A stretch of 64,000 bases of DNA from Entomortierella parvispora E1425 (taxonomy: Eukaryota; Fungi; Mortierellomycota): positions 3,782,001 through 3,846,000 of the forward strand of contig BQFW01000002.1 of the NCBI GenBank assembly GCA_020891255.1, written 5' to 3'. Positions 11,957 to 24,448 of this stretch are shown piece by piece. The translations under genes were made by a program, and so were the position numbers. The notes under the pieces were generated by a model. The model was given only the letters and a program-made list of their open reading frames with translations. It ran no database searches and was not told the DNA's origin. Numbering within the stretch: the stretch's first letter is position 1; each line of letters starts with the position of its first letter.

Positions 11957-13512
11957 TTAAGCCTTGATGGTCTTGACAGCCTTGTTGACAATCTCGCGAC
12001 GCTATTTTACAAGCAAAAGTTGATACATCAGTCCAATGATTCCATGGCCATTTCTCAAACAAGTAAGGATCCTCTCTCATAAAAAAAAAAGTATCCAACA
12101 GAAAAGAAAAACTTACGAGCTTCTTGTACTTCATGAGCTTGAAGCGGTCAAAGTCAGTGTTGGAAGCACGGGTGGCACGGGACTGGATCTTCTTGGCCCA
12201 GGAGGTCTTGGCCCAGTTACCGGCGAGGTCCTGCTTCTCAATGGCAGCCTTGAGGACGGTCTGGCCAGCGTTGCGGGGAACCTTGACAACCAAGGGGGTC
12301 AAGGTCAAGCGACGGAAAGCATAGGCACCACGGGCAATACCGGTGGTGGGGCCCTCAACAAGAGCCTATTGACATGGCAAAAAAAAAAATATCGGTAACA
12401 GAGCGTCGTTAGGACTGAGGCTGTGATCCAGAAAAGTGTTTGTTCCAGAAGTAATATAGAGGGTCGATTGTTGAAATAGGACGATCCTGATTTCAGTTAT
12501 CAGTTGCTCTATGCTCTGTCCAAAAGTTCTGAAGAAACTGCACAATGCAACTGTGTCAAGTGGGCCGATGTCAGACATCTCGGAGGTGATTAGCCCATCC
12601 AAGATGAGCAGCGCAATCTGCACCACTACAGTTTCCTCCAAGACTTCCAGTGATGTTTTTGATTCCTGATACTGAGTTCACTTCTGCTTTTGTGTCTGCG
12701 TCCTTCAGCGCCTTTTCTGATAGCAAGCTCCATGAAAAATAAATATTCCTGTCAAAAAGTCATTGGACTTGGTTACATACGCGGTTGTGGTCGATGATAT
12801 CGACGATAACGGCGAGCTTGCCGGCATCGGGGCCATAGTTGACCATGACGACACGGCCGACTTCAACGACACGCTGGAAGGTAGGAGTGCGCTAGAGAAA
12901 GAACCCCACAAAGAAAAAAAAGGGAGTCATCGTTAGGGCGCTGTGATGAACCATAGGTGATGGTAGTGTCTCCAGGGTTGATTTGTGTCATCCAGAGCAA
13001 AGTTGTCGGGTCGATCGACTCTTCCATTGAATGGGATCCTGTCGCCTTGCTGCTGTGTTGGAATCTGGTATTCAAACCCCCTCAGATGTAAGTGTGTCCA
13101 TCGGTGTGCATTAATGCTGTCTTTGACGCAGAGTGCATGAGATCTCCTTGATGATTGTCGATATTCCTAACTCTGTTCAGCCGATGCAGTTTGCATTGGC
13201 CAGAAAGAAAGTGATTCGGTGGGTCAACTCCATTTTTTGAAGATGGTGCCGATGTGCATGTGATGAATGATGTCCCTGATGATTAAAAGTCGATCCTGGC
13301 GATAGATGAAAGATTGGAGATCGCGATTCCTCTGGTAACATGGTGTATTTGAACGGATAGAGGGATCGATGGATGGTCCTGTGTCGATGGATCCATGGTA
13401 TCCCGGCTAGTTTGTCGGGGATGGCTCCATGGCCCTGTTACACGGCGTAGATGCCTTTGGGCACAGAGTCCTCCGAGAAATCGCAGTCACATTTCAGATC
13501 ACATACGGCCAT
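11957..13512 (-). CDS. RPL14: 60S ribosomal protein L14 (eL14); 6-nt first exon (ATG GCC) and two long introns
   Basis: The spliced product reads [93 protein letters not shown]. Confidence 0.95.
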
Positions 13513-14276
13513 CTTTGCTGTTGGGTTGTAAGAGAAGGCTTGATTCACTCCCGACGCTGGAAAGCTGATATCGAACCTTGGGCTGTGACTGCGCACCGAT
13601 TGCCACCAATTTAAAAAAAAAATGTCCATGCGACATCCATTCTTGCGACAAGCACAGGCTCCACCTGATAGCGTATCACCCCCTCTGACCGCATGCATGT
13701 GCAACTTGTAGGCGTAAATTAGACATCTGTGGGCCGTTGTTCGCCCTCTGATTCAAGGGAGCCCCTCCTTCCAAGCTTGTCATTCCTACAGGGATAACCT
13801 GGTGGGTCTTTATTGTTTGATGTTTTGTTGCTTGATGTGCGCCGTTGCGGTCATTGGAGTTACCTCTTCTAACGGCTTCCATGGATCAACAGTAAGGTAC
13901 GTCAGGTACGTCTGGTAAATTGGTTGACCACGAACGCCCTGGCATGGAGACACACGGCACGAACAGGCGAGCAAGGAACCACAAAAGAAGCGAATCAAAA
14001 GGTCACGTGCAATATCGTTCTCTCTGAGCAGAGAGATACACACACACTGGAACAAAAGACAAGACAAAAGAGGACAACCTCCACTGAGCATCCCATCAAC
14101 TCCTCATCCATCCCATCCATCCCAACCTCTCGCGCAGACACAAGAGCCCATTGCACCCTTTTCCTCCCTCTCTTTCAACTTTTGTTCATTGGCTCAAGTC
14201 ATCTTTCTCCCACTCCCAGGACTACCTCCTCTCTCCATTCAAACCACTCGGACTTTGGCCTCATCCTCTTCCGGAA

Positions 14277-17200
14277 ATGAATGTGAATCCTCTCTACCAC
14301 ACGAAGCTCCTGGAGCTTAGGTCCATGAAGGACTTTGCCGCCATTTGCCAGTTCCTGCACTTTTTCCATCCCGCCTTTGCCTTGGAAGACTTTGATACAG
14401 AGGTAAACTTTTACTCCGCTGCAGTCCGACAATGGTGCCATGCAGCTGTCCATCGGAATAAGACTTGGCCGGGCGCAGCTTTCGACGGTGGATCGTCCCC
14501 CATGGCACGACGCGTGCTCGCCACGTCCTGATCAGATCGTTTGCATGGTTTCTCTTTGCATCGCCGGCCTAGTGTTGGAGTTCATGACCATCAATACTCG
14601 TCTCTGACATCTCTTTATAATCTTGGTGTCGTATTGTTCATTAGGAATTGGAGCAAGCTCTGGTGGATCCCAGTCAGATGCCATACCTTGTTGATCTTCA
14701 GGCTCGTATGCTTCGCCAGCTAACTCAAGACCGTCGGATCAGGTTCGTATCCTTGACCCCAGCTACCCTACCCTACCCTATGCTTCTTTTCAGGAATTGT
14801 TCTCCGCAGCAGAATGCCATTAGGGCTTCCAGTACCATTCGCAACAGGACTGATGCAGCATTCAACGACTGATCAACTACATGACCACAACCATGCCGTA
14901 ACCGTCGCGTGCGACCGTTGAGCACGGACCACGTCGACACTCTCGAGGCCCTCGTGCTACTCGTTTCGATGCAGGGCCAGAAACCATGGCCAAAATCCAC
15001 GGACCATTTGACTAACAACTGACTTACATATACCATTGTTTTCTTTCATCTACCTGTCTACCTGTCTACTTAGTTTCGACAACTGGATCCAATATGCACA
15101 AAAGGAGTTTGAGAAGCGCGAGGACGATCAGAACCCTTGGTTGAAGGAGTCATCATACGAAGACTTTGACCTTACTTCCAAACTCTTAGTCTTGACAAAT
15201 CTGTGCGAATGGCAACTTGACGACCCAGAGCGTTTTCGCTCAAAGTTCAAGCAGGAGGAGGAAGTAGCCATGGATTGGGTAGGTTGCTTGAAGCTATTCT
15301 GGATCGCAACCAGCGCAACATTCACCTTGGATCTAACAACGACTTGCTTTAATATCATTTGTCCAGAGAGTGGATCCCATTGGGCACGACTCGCTTGAAC
15401 GCACGTATTGGCTTTTTGATGGTAAGAACGACGTCGCATACACACTCTTAGAGCCGATCATGACAGCGACAAAGAGATTCAGGTCGTTTGACATAAGCCC
15501 TTCCACGTTTGTAGATAATAGGCTTTACAGAGAGAACCCACCTCCAAAGAAGGTCACCAAAAAGTCAAAGCAACCCGTTGCGCCACCAAAACCAAAACCA
15601 AAGCCCGTGGCTCGTCGTGGGACTCGCCGTTCTGGCAGGCACAATACAGAGCCTAGTCCAGAGCCGGAACCGGAACCAGAACCAGAGCATGAGACACCAC
15701 CTGTTACTCCTGGAGTGGAGTGGGAGCCCGTCTGCATCACACGCCAAGACTGGGAGGAGTTTGCAAATGTCTTCAAACGATCAAAGCATCCGGATGAGAA
15801 GGCTCTTCACACACTAATCAACAACGATGTCCTTCCTAAGGTCTTGGACGAGTTCATGGTAATGGAAAGAATATCGATCACCATTTTCATTTGCTTTCTC
15901 AGCACAAGTAGCTAACGTCTCTCAACTTCATTAGGAACGGGAAAAGGAACGTGAGAAGCTTGAGGCTATTGCGAATCGCAAGAGATCCTCAAGGATTGTC
16001 ATTCGCGAGTTCGAGTTACAAGAGAAAGCGCGCCTGGATGCAATCCGTCAACAAGAGATTCATGAGCAGGCTGAAAGACGTAAACAAGAGCTCAAGGAAC
16101 GCCGGGCTGAAAAGGCAAGTAGTAATCAATGCACTCACTTGATCTCTGTGTTTGCCGCTTTTTGATCGTGCCGCTAACCTTCAAATGGCCAAAATAGGAA
16201 CGACTGGCTCAGCAGCAGATTCGCGACAACCGTTTGAAAGAACGCGAACAAAGACTCAAAGATCGGGAGAATGCAATCTGGGAGCGAGAGGAGAAGAAAA
16301 AGCAGCAACAGCAAAGGATAGCAAAGGAGCGCGAAGAGCGCAAGAAGCGGCGCTTGAACGGAACTCCTATGAAGGGCGATCACTCGGAAGATGAAGGCAC
16401 CAGTCACCAAGGCGACGAAGAGGAGGAGGATGATTGGTTCTTTGACTGCGTCTGTGGAGTGCATGGCAACAACCTGGTAAGACACTGACCATCAACGGTT
16501 GTCCTTCATGAACCTTTGTTAGTTGTGCTAACCAAGTGCTGAGTTTTTTTCTTTTTTTTAGGATGATGGTGAGCTTATGATTGCTTGTGAAAAGTGCAAT
16601 GTGTGGCAACATGTCGCCTGTTTGAAGGAAGAGGACAAGGCTCATGGTCGCAGTACCAAGGACTGGTCAGATTTCGATTTCATTTGCCCTCGCTGTATTG
16701 TCAAGGAACAGAAGAAGGTGGCCAGGAAAGAAAAGAAGGAGCAAAAACAGAAGATGGAAGCATTGGCAGCTGCCAGTGCACAGGCGACTCTTGCGACAGC
16801 CGACCAAGTGAAGCATCAGAGGCAGCAACCTCCCATGGCCCAGAATGCCTTTGTTCCTGCACCACAGGCGCCAATGAACGGATACTACCACCCTTCGCAG
16901 CAACACCTTGCATCCTCAGTGCCAGTGCAGCGCCCTGCACAGGCCTACTCAGCCACAGCCCCTCACTACGCGGGTCAGCCTTACCAGCAACAACAACAGC
17001 AACAGACATACGCCAATCCGACTCCTTACCATCCAAATTCAAATCTGAGCCATGCACCCCAACCTTATCATAATGGTCATTCCGCCCAGGCACTTACCCC
17101 ATCCTCGTACGCGTATCACACTCCACAACATCAGCAACAACACCCACAGCATCCACAGCATCTACAGCATCAAAATCAACAGCACCATCAACAACAACAG

Positions 17201-17704
17201 CAGCAGCAAAATCCCATGTACTTCCAACCACCACCACCACAACAACATCCCTCCCACCACCATCCCCAACCAGGAATGCATAACGGATCGTCGTATGGAT
17301 CCAGCGGAGGGGTCACTCCTTCAACCACCTTTGGTCATGTCTCTTCGAACGCGAGTAACACTCCAGTCCAAGGTCATGGCCAGGCACAGCAGCAGCAGCA
17401 TCCAGTTCATTCACTGCAGCCACCGCAGCAGCAACCACAGGCACGACAACAGGTACCGTATAGCACGCATGCAACGGCGCGTCCAGGGCCATACCCTACG
17501 CCAATGTCGCCACCGATTGCACCACAGCAACAACCTGTGCACCCACAACAACATCAGCAGCAGCAACAGCAACCGTTTCAACAGCAACAACAGTTCAGCG
17601 GCCCGAACGGGACAGGTGTAGTTGTACAAAAACGCGTCCAGGCGGAGGATGGGATGATGGAGGGCATAGAGAGACCGCACAAGTTGCCGAACCAGAAGGT
17701 TTAG
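14277..17704 (+). CDS. Chromatin protein: DDT-like/WHIM N-terminus, PHD finger, Q/H/P-rich tail (RSF1/CECR2-like architecture), multi-exon
   Basis: ELRSMKDFAAICQFLHFF; KLLVLTNLCEWQL; DPIGHDSLERTYWLFD..NRLYRE; WEPVCITRQDW; PHD C-x-C..C-x2-C..WQHVAC..FICPRC. Confidence 0.85.
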
Positions 17705-18240
17705 CTTTGTCCTTCTTTTTCCAACCAGGACAGGGGAGAAAAGAATTAGCGAAAGATAATAGCGAAAGAACGAGAGAAAAGAGGGATGGGGGTAGGGGAA
17801 AGGAAGGGACTGTGCCCTTTTTTTCTTGTGCCCTTTTCTCATAGTCATCCCATAGAACAGACTCGCACTAAAAGTAAAACATTGTAAAAAGCATTAGAGA
17901 CCCCTTGCTCAGAACAAGTCAAGAAGGACAACAAGAGGAAAGAGCGGAAGTGGGTTGGTGCGACCTCATCTCGATCTGGTGTGTTTAGTTATCAATGGAG
18001 ACCCCTGCTTTTTTTTCCCCTCTTTTCTTTTGATCCTGGACATGAGCTTGTAAGCTGTTCTCATGACGTGAGGGCGAGGTGGGCGAGGGAAGGGAAGAAC
18101 AAGGAAAGAGAAGGGAGGGGAGGAGAAGGATCAGGGAAGCAAGGGTAAAGAAAGGGAACGGAAAGGGGGGGTGACAAAGAGAATAAGAGGAGGCGGGGGC
18201 CCGACTGATGGCTGTGTGGAAGGTGAAGGGAAAGAAGGAC

Positions 18241-18343
18241 GAGAAGGGAGAAGGGAGAAGGGAGAAGGGAGAGCGGACAAGAGACGCCCGTTGGGTCGGC
18301 CTGTGTTCCCAAAGTTGCACCCTTCCATCCATCCATCCATCCA
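18241..18343. repeat. (GAGAAGG)4 and (TCCA)5 microsatellites upstream of the ACS-like gene
   Basis: Directly visible in the sequence. Confidence 0.9.
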
Positions 18344-18597
18344 CCCGTGTGGTTGCTTCTGTCTCGTCTGGGCGTGGTCCTCGTTTCTTTCATAAACGGC
18401 GGCGTGTCTGTATTCCGTTCTCTCTCTCTCTCTCTTTTCTCTCTCTCTCTCTCTTTTTCTCTTTTCTTCATCCTCCCTTCAACATTCATTGACTCTTTGT
18501 CTTCCTTCTACTCTTGACCTTCTTGACCCTCTTGACTTGCACTTAGCCTTATTTCGACAACCGATCCTCTTCCCTTTCACTGTCTCTTTGATCTACC

Positions 18598-20909
18598 ATG
18601 ACCAGAAAGACCAACTTGTCCCTGCGTGCGCAGGGGAACCTGTCTGGCGAAAACGTCATGCTTGAGGGGGTCATCAGGGTCAATGCCAACAAGTTTGATG
18701 AGGCGGCGAATCCCGATGGCATCATCAATCTCGGCGTGGCCGAGAATCAGCTCATGAAGGCTGAGCTCAGGAAAATTGTAAGTCTGGTGGCTCTCACGCG
18801 GAAATGGGATCAAGAAAGACCACGACAGAGAGAGCTTCGACACTGACGCGTTTGTCGTTCTTGTTCAACGCTCCCAAATAGATGGGCAAAGTTGACCATG
18901 TCGATCCAAAGGTAAAGTCTAATACTCGTACATGGTTCCTTGCAGCACAATTAATGAGTCTGCAGCACACCATGCAGAAAGAATGTACAAGCAGGAGTAT
19001 CCTGAAAGGAAAGGATCTCCCTTCTCTCTCTTTCGCTCTGTCTGCATGTGGAATGCTGCGCGGCTCTGTTGGCTGCAACGGCAATTGGCATTCTGACTGG
19101 GAGCACTACACGGATGAACCAAGGCCAACTGTGCGCTCTTGAGCGTCTTGTTACTAATCCTGTTTCAATCTGGAAATCACGGGCCCCCTCCTTGACTTTG
19201 TTTTCCTTGTTCTTTTTTAGCTCTTTGGCTACGGCGAGAGTCCCGCAGGATCGAAGCAATTGCGCCGCTATTTTGCAGACAACATCTTCAACCGCTACTT
19301 CAAGCCTCAAGAACCCGTCCGTGTCGAGGATATCGTGCTGTCGGCCGGTTGCAGTTCCACGGTCGACAACTTTACTTTTTGCGTCTGTGACGAAGGCGAG
19401 GGAATTCTTATCACCACACCTTTCTACGGTAAGGCCTCATCTTGACCTGGGATGAGTCTAGCTGACTAAAAAGAAAAATTGCGCAGCGTCCTTCTCCCCC
19501 TGTCCATTCTTTACTAACCGAACCTGTCCTTTCATCTCTCTAGGCGGCTTTAACACGGACATTGCAGCAAAGTCCAAGGCCAAGGTTGTAATTGCAGATC
19601 TGGGCGATATCTCTCCATTCGATCCCGCGCACCTAGAGCTACTGCAGCATGCTGTTGACAAGTCCACCGAGCAGGGTATCCCAGTCAAGGCCATGGTTCT
19701 ATCAAATCCCCATAACCCTCTTGGAAGGTAATCCAAAAAAAATATATCCCCACGATCGAAACTCATTTTGTTCAAACGAGAGCCAACTTGCTTAACACGG
19801 ACAAGGTTCTCGATCTCAAACAAAGGCGGGGGCATGATGAATATTGACTCACCTGTCCCTTTCTGCATTTCTTTCCTGCCGTTAGAAATTACCCACTCGA
19901 GATCCTATTGGAGTATCTTCGTTTTGCATCGCGGAACCGGATTCATATTCTGTTTGACGAAATCTATGCACTTTCTGTGTTTGACCATGCCCTGACTGGA
20001 GTGGCGAAATCAGAACAGCCAGCTGAGAACCCATTCATCTCAGTCTTGTCGATCCCACATTTGGAGCAGCACTGCGAGAAGGACCTTATCCATGTTGCGT
20101 ATGGCATGAGCAAGGTAGATACCCCGTCTATGTTTCATGCATGCACTGAATGGACACCAAAAAAGACCCCTATTTGATCTTTTTTTTTTTTACTTACAAA
20201 TTACCCTTTGATATAGGATTTCTGCCTGAACGGGTTCCGGTGTGGTGCGCTGGTGTCGCCTTGGAACAAGGACATGATTGACGCCATGCATTCGATCGCG
20301 TAAGACATTTTGTCCCTCCCTTGACCCCAAATTCACTTGTCTGGAAACGTGCCCAGAAATTGACTTTTTTTCATCCTACAATGTTGCCTCTGAACTAGTG
20401 TCTTTTCTTGGATGTCCTCGACCACAGAGGCCATGTTGACACGACTCCTCGCTGATGGAAAGACCGTGGACGAATTCACTTCGACCAACCAGAAAAGGCT
20501 CGCTGCCTCCTACACATTTGCTGTTGACACCCTTCGCAAGCACCAAATCCCATACCTTCCTGCCCAGGGAGGCCATTTCCTTTGGATGGATCTTCGCCAG
20601 TATATCCCACCAGCGTTCAAGGCAGCAGCGGCTCAGGGTGACCGGAACCAAGAGTACCTGTTGTGGAGGGCGATGTTGAACGAAGGTGTGTACGTCAACT
20701 TGGGAGCGGCCTTTTCGGAACGCAAGGTCGGATTCTTCCGGTTGTCTTTCTCGGTGCCCATCCCCATGTTGGAACTAGGATTGAAGAGGATGTTGAGGGC
20801 CTTGCAATTGACCTATGATCCTCTGCGGGTGTCCACTGCCTCAACCACGGCGACCACGACGACCACACCTGCGGTAGTGGCTGGAAACGGAACTACTTTG
20901 AAAAAGTAG
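18598..20909 (+). CDS. PLP-dependent class I/II aminotransferase, ACC-synthase-like, multi-exon
   Basis: NPDGIINLGVAENQL; LSAGCSS..GEGILITTPFYG; LSNPHNPLG; HILFDEIYALSVF; YGMSK/DFCLNGFRCG (PLP lysine); GVYVNLG..GFFRLSFS. Confidence 0.9.
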
Positions 20910-21081
20910 GACCAAAGAGAGCTGAACTTACTTGCTTTTAATCTTTTATTAAGATGTATGCGAATGGTGGATTAGGTATTAGGATGGTAGAAGGGGGTTT
21001 GCTTTTTTTTTAAAAAAAAGAAAGGGCATTCAAATTAAAGATAGTTTCTTTCTCTAGTCGCCTTTCATATTCCTTTGTTGT

Positions 21082-22944
21082 TTAAGCAACAGGGACCTTG
21101 ACCATTACTTCCTCAGTGTTCTCTCCTTCCTCCTGAGGAGAGGATGAGACCCATTGAGGGCCACGCTTGGAAGAGGTGTCCTGGGGACTCAAAAGTCGAC
21201 TGGACGACGAGCTGGAGGAAGCATGGCTCAAGGGGCGGTCGTTTTGATCACCCTCAACAGGCCAGGGCTCGCTCTTGGACTCGTTGTGGGCATCGCTCTC
21301 GGCTGGAGCATAGTCCAACAGGGTGGCGGAGGAACGGCTCGTTCTCACGGCAGATGCAGTGGCGGGAGCAGTGGCAGCAGAAGCAGCGGTGCCCGAAGGA
21401 AGGGTGATGCTATCCTGACGAAGACGCTCCAACAACTGGCGCTCCGTCAGTTCATCTTCAGTCTCCTCTAAAAAAGAGTCGGCGGTGCCCGCAGCCTCCT
21501 CTGCCCCAGCCACGGTGGGGGAAACTGAGACAGCGCTCACGACTGGGGGCTCGGGGAACGAAGTCCGAACGCGGCGGGCCTCTACAGCAGACCCAGGGCC
21601 AGAGCGACCGCCAGTGCCAGGCTCATAATACACGACGGGGCCGTGCAAGTCCTGGTCCTGCATGTGGGCTGCCATCATTTGTTGTTGGTGATGGTCATGG
21701 TATTGCTGGTAGTACTCCTGTTGCTGCTGGTACTGATGATGGTAGGCGGCCGCTTCCTGCTGGGCGTAATACTCTTGCTCGTAAAGTCCCTCGTCGTCCT
21801 GGTACACGCCACCGTAACCGGGTCCGTAGCCGGGCTCAGTCGGGGGCATGTAGCTAAGCTGTTGAGCCGCGTACCGAGGATCGACCTCATAGCCATAGCG
21901 ACCGCCATCGCCTCTCTCGACTGCAGCCCCTGCTCCTCGTCCCACAGTCGAGGCTCCGTTCAAGGGTTCCTGAGATTCTCTGGCACTTAAGCCCTTCACC
22001 ACTCCTGAAGAATAACCATGGTTGCTCTCTTGCATGGCCACCGCTGTTGCCATACTGGCAGCCACACTGGATCCTCCTCCTCCTCCTCCTCCATGGCCGC
22101 CTACGCTGCTGCCACCGATCGTGGGAGGGTTGAAAAGCGTGTCGCTGGTGCTAAACTTGTAGCGTCTACGGTTGCGGCGCTTGATCAGGAACGCGCCCAC
22201 GGTGGCGGCGATCACGGCCACGAGGGCGGCGAGGACGATGCCGACGATGGCACCGGTCGAAACTCCACTGGAATTGTCCACGGGCGTGGGCGAGATGATG
22301 GGATCGGCCGTGGAAGAGTGGCTGGGGGTGGTGGTCAAAGTCCAGGGTGGAATGGTAGTAGGGTCCGAGGTCTGGGTAGTGAGGGTCTGGTGAGTGCTAG
22401 TGGTCAATGTACGAATGGATGTGGTAGCGATAGTGGTGGGAGATGGAGTGAGGGTTGTAGTCGTGGTTATGGGAGGCAAAGTCGTCGTAGTAGTTGTAAT
22501 GGGAGGCAGGGTCGTGGTGGTTGTGGTTGTGGTTGGGGGTTCAGTCGTGGTGGTGGTTGTAGTAGTGGTGGATGTAGTCGTGGTGATAGGTGGCTCCGTG
22601 GTCGTTGTTGTTGTCGTGGTTGTAGTGGGCTCCTCGGTCGTGGTGACTGGAGGAGGACTTGGGACAGGCGTGGTTTCCATGGTGGTGGTGGCAGCGGTAG
22701 TGGTAGTGGTAGTGGTACTGGTAGTGGTTGTAGTTGGTTCGGGAGAGGGAGAAGGTGGGACGACAACGTCTTCAGTGGAGATGGTAGTGGGCTCTGAAGG
22801 ACGAGTCTCAATGGGCATTGGGCTCCTTGTGGTGATCGCCTCCGAAGTCAAGGTTGCGGCAGGCGGGACCGAGTTTTGTGTGGCGGGATCGTTTTCAAGA
22901 GCAATTGTGGCTGACGGGTTTAAAGAATGGTCAACAGATGGCAT
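21082..22944 (-). CDS. Thr/Pro-rich mucin-like single-pass membrane protein (Mid2/Wsc-like architecture)
   Basis: Poly-Thr/Pro stalk, a TM helix AIVGIVLAALVAVIAATVGAFLI followed by KRRNRRRYK, and a Tyr/Gln-rich cytoplasmic tail. The first ATG at 22944 follows a CT-rich leader. Confidence 0.8.
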   Translation of the reverse strand: MPSVDHSLNPSATIALENDPATQNSVPPAATLTSEAITTRSPMPIETRPSEPTTISTEDVVVPPSPSPEPTTTTTSTTTTTTTAATTTMETTPVPSPPPVTTTEEPTTTTTTTTTTEPPITTTTSTTTTTTTTTEPPTTTTTTTTLPPITTTTTTLPPITTTTTLTPSPTTIATTSIRTLTTSTHQTLTTQTSDPTTIPPWTLTTTPSHSSTADPIISPTPVDNSSGVSTGAIVGIVLAALVAVIAATVGAFLIKRRNRRRYKFSTSDTLFNPPTIGGSSVGGHGGGGGGGSSVAASMATAVAMQESNHGYSSGVVKGLSARESQEPLNGASTVGRGAGAAVERGDGGRYGYEVDPRYAAQQLSYMPPTEPGYGPGYGGVYQDDEGLYEQEYYAQQEAAAYHHQYQQQQEYYQQYHDHHQQQMMAAHMQDQDLHGPVVYYEPGTGGRSGPGSAVEARRVRTSFPEPPVVSAVSVSPTVAGAEEAAGTADSFLEETEDELTERQLLERLRQDSITLPSGTAASAATAPATASAVRTSRSSATLLDYAPAESDAHNESKSEPWPVEGDQNDRPLSHASSSSSSSRLLSPQDTSSKRGPQWVSSSPQEEGENTEEVMVKVPVA

Positions 22945-24416
22945 TTGATCGCTCGGACAAGAAGCGAGAGATGAACAGGGATGATGGGAAAGAAGGAAGA
23001 AAAGGGAAGAGGGGTACGCGAAGAAGAGAAGAGAAGAGAAGGAAAAGTGAGGGAAAAAAAAGTGCGACAGCCGTTGGACAGAAAGCCAAGAAAAAAAAAA
23101 ACACAATAGCGGTCAATCGGCCGATCAGGCCAGGCCCAGTCGCTGTCCAGCTCGGCCCTCCCCCCATTGTCTTTGACACGCCCAGTGACACACTCTCCGT
23201 GCAGGTTTTCCCACTAGGGGCGGAAGAGTCCATCAGGTCTGCTACTAAGAGGGTCGGAGAGAGAAACGAGATTACAAAGTGTAGTGTCCGCAAGGTACAA
23301 CGACCGCCGCGGACGGTCCTCATTGTGTTTGTTCCATCGGGAGGCTGAGACATTGTGCGTTCATCACCCGGTCAACTAAAATTAAAGTCGCCGTTGACTC
23401 GCTGAAGTCAACACCCACCGTCGACTCATGTGGGCTCCAGGAGGGAAGACAATAATAACAACAAGAACTAGTGGCAGCCAGCCCAGGCCCCTTGGCTGTC
23501 GCTGCTACAAACAACCTTACTTTTTATCATCTTGTCTGCTTTTTGGGTTTGGTTTCGGTTTCTAGGTTCCCACTTCCCCAACCTTCGCTGTGCGTTTCTG
23601 CACTCTGTGAGAAACAAAAATAAAAAGGAGCCTATGAAAATGAACGCGTTCATATGTCTACGTGTTAAGGGGCGACGCTCGGCAAGGAGGCAATGAACTC
23701 GACGAGGGGGGAGTTTTTTTTTTTTTGCTGATCTGCAAGGGCTCGGCTGCGAACCAAGCGGCAGCAATAGCAACAGCGATGAAAACAATCACAAGAACAC
23801 CACCACGATTCTCTTGCAAGCGGCGATCGAACGGGTTTTTGGCTTTGTGATCATGCGGAGGGTTTGTATTTTGTGGTCACAGAGATTGTTGGCATGGTAG
23901 TTCATTTGTTGTCATTTGATTATTCTGAGGGGTAGGGGAGAGGAGGTCCAACGTGAGAGGGGTTTCTTGCAGGGATAGAAACTCTTGGCTTTGCAGCCAT
24001 GCATGTAGCCTCTGTGCGGGTGAGCCCAATTCCATCAGGATTGTGGGGAAGATGATTTCATCCTTTGCGACCCTGCGGCCTTGCCTGTCGAGACTTTTTC
24101 TTTCATTTCTTCCATGGGGAGCAATTGTAGCAACCGACAGTGATTCTCGGGTCAGTTGAACGGTCAAACCTCGGCGGCAAGTCTGTAATCTCACTCACTC
24201 CCCGCACTCAACGCTGGTCCTTTTTTCCCTTTTTTCCCTGTTTTCCCTTTTTTTTTTTTTTTTTTTATTTTTTTATTGAATATAGGATAGGGGGTATCTT
24301 TGGAATCTTGATAGCTGAATGTTACACATGGCTCACGAAGAGGTTGTCTCCAGAGCGATCGCGAAAGGGTACATACAGAAATGCACATACCTGCATTGAT
24401 TCTCGTCTGCACAATG

Positions 24417-24448
<32 letters not shown>

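Noticed and set aside
14760-14780. (CTACC)n run as an interstitial telomere repeat
   Set aside because: It is a short pentamer repeat, not CCCTAA, and is best treated as an ordinary intronic microsatellite.
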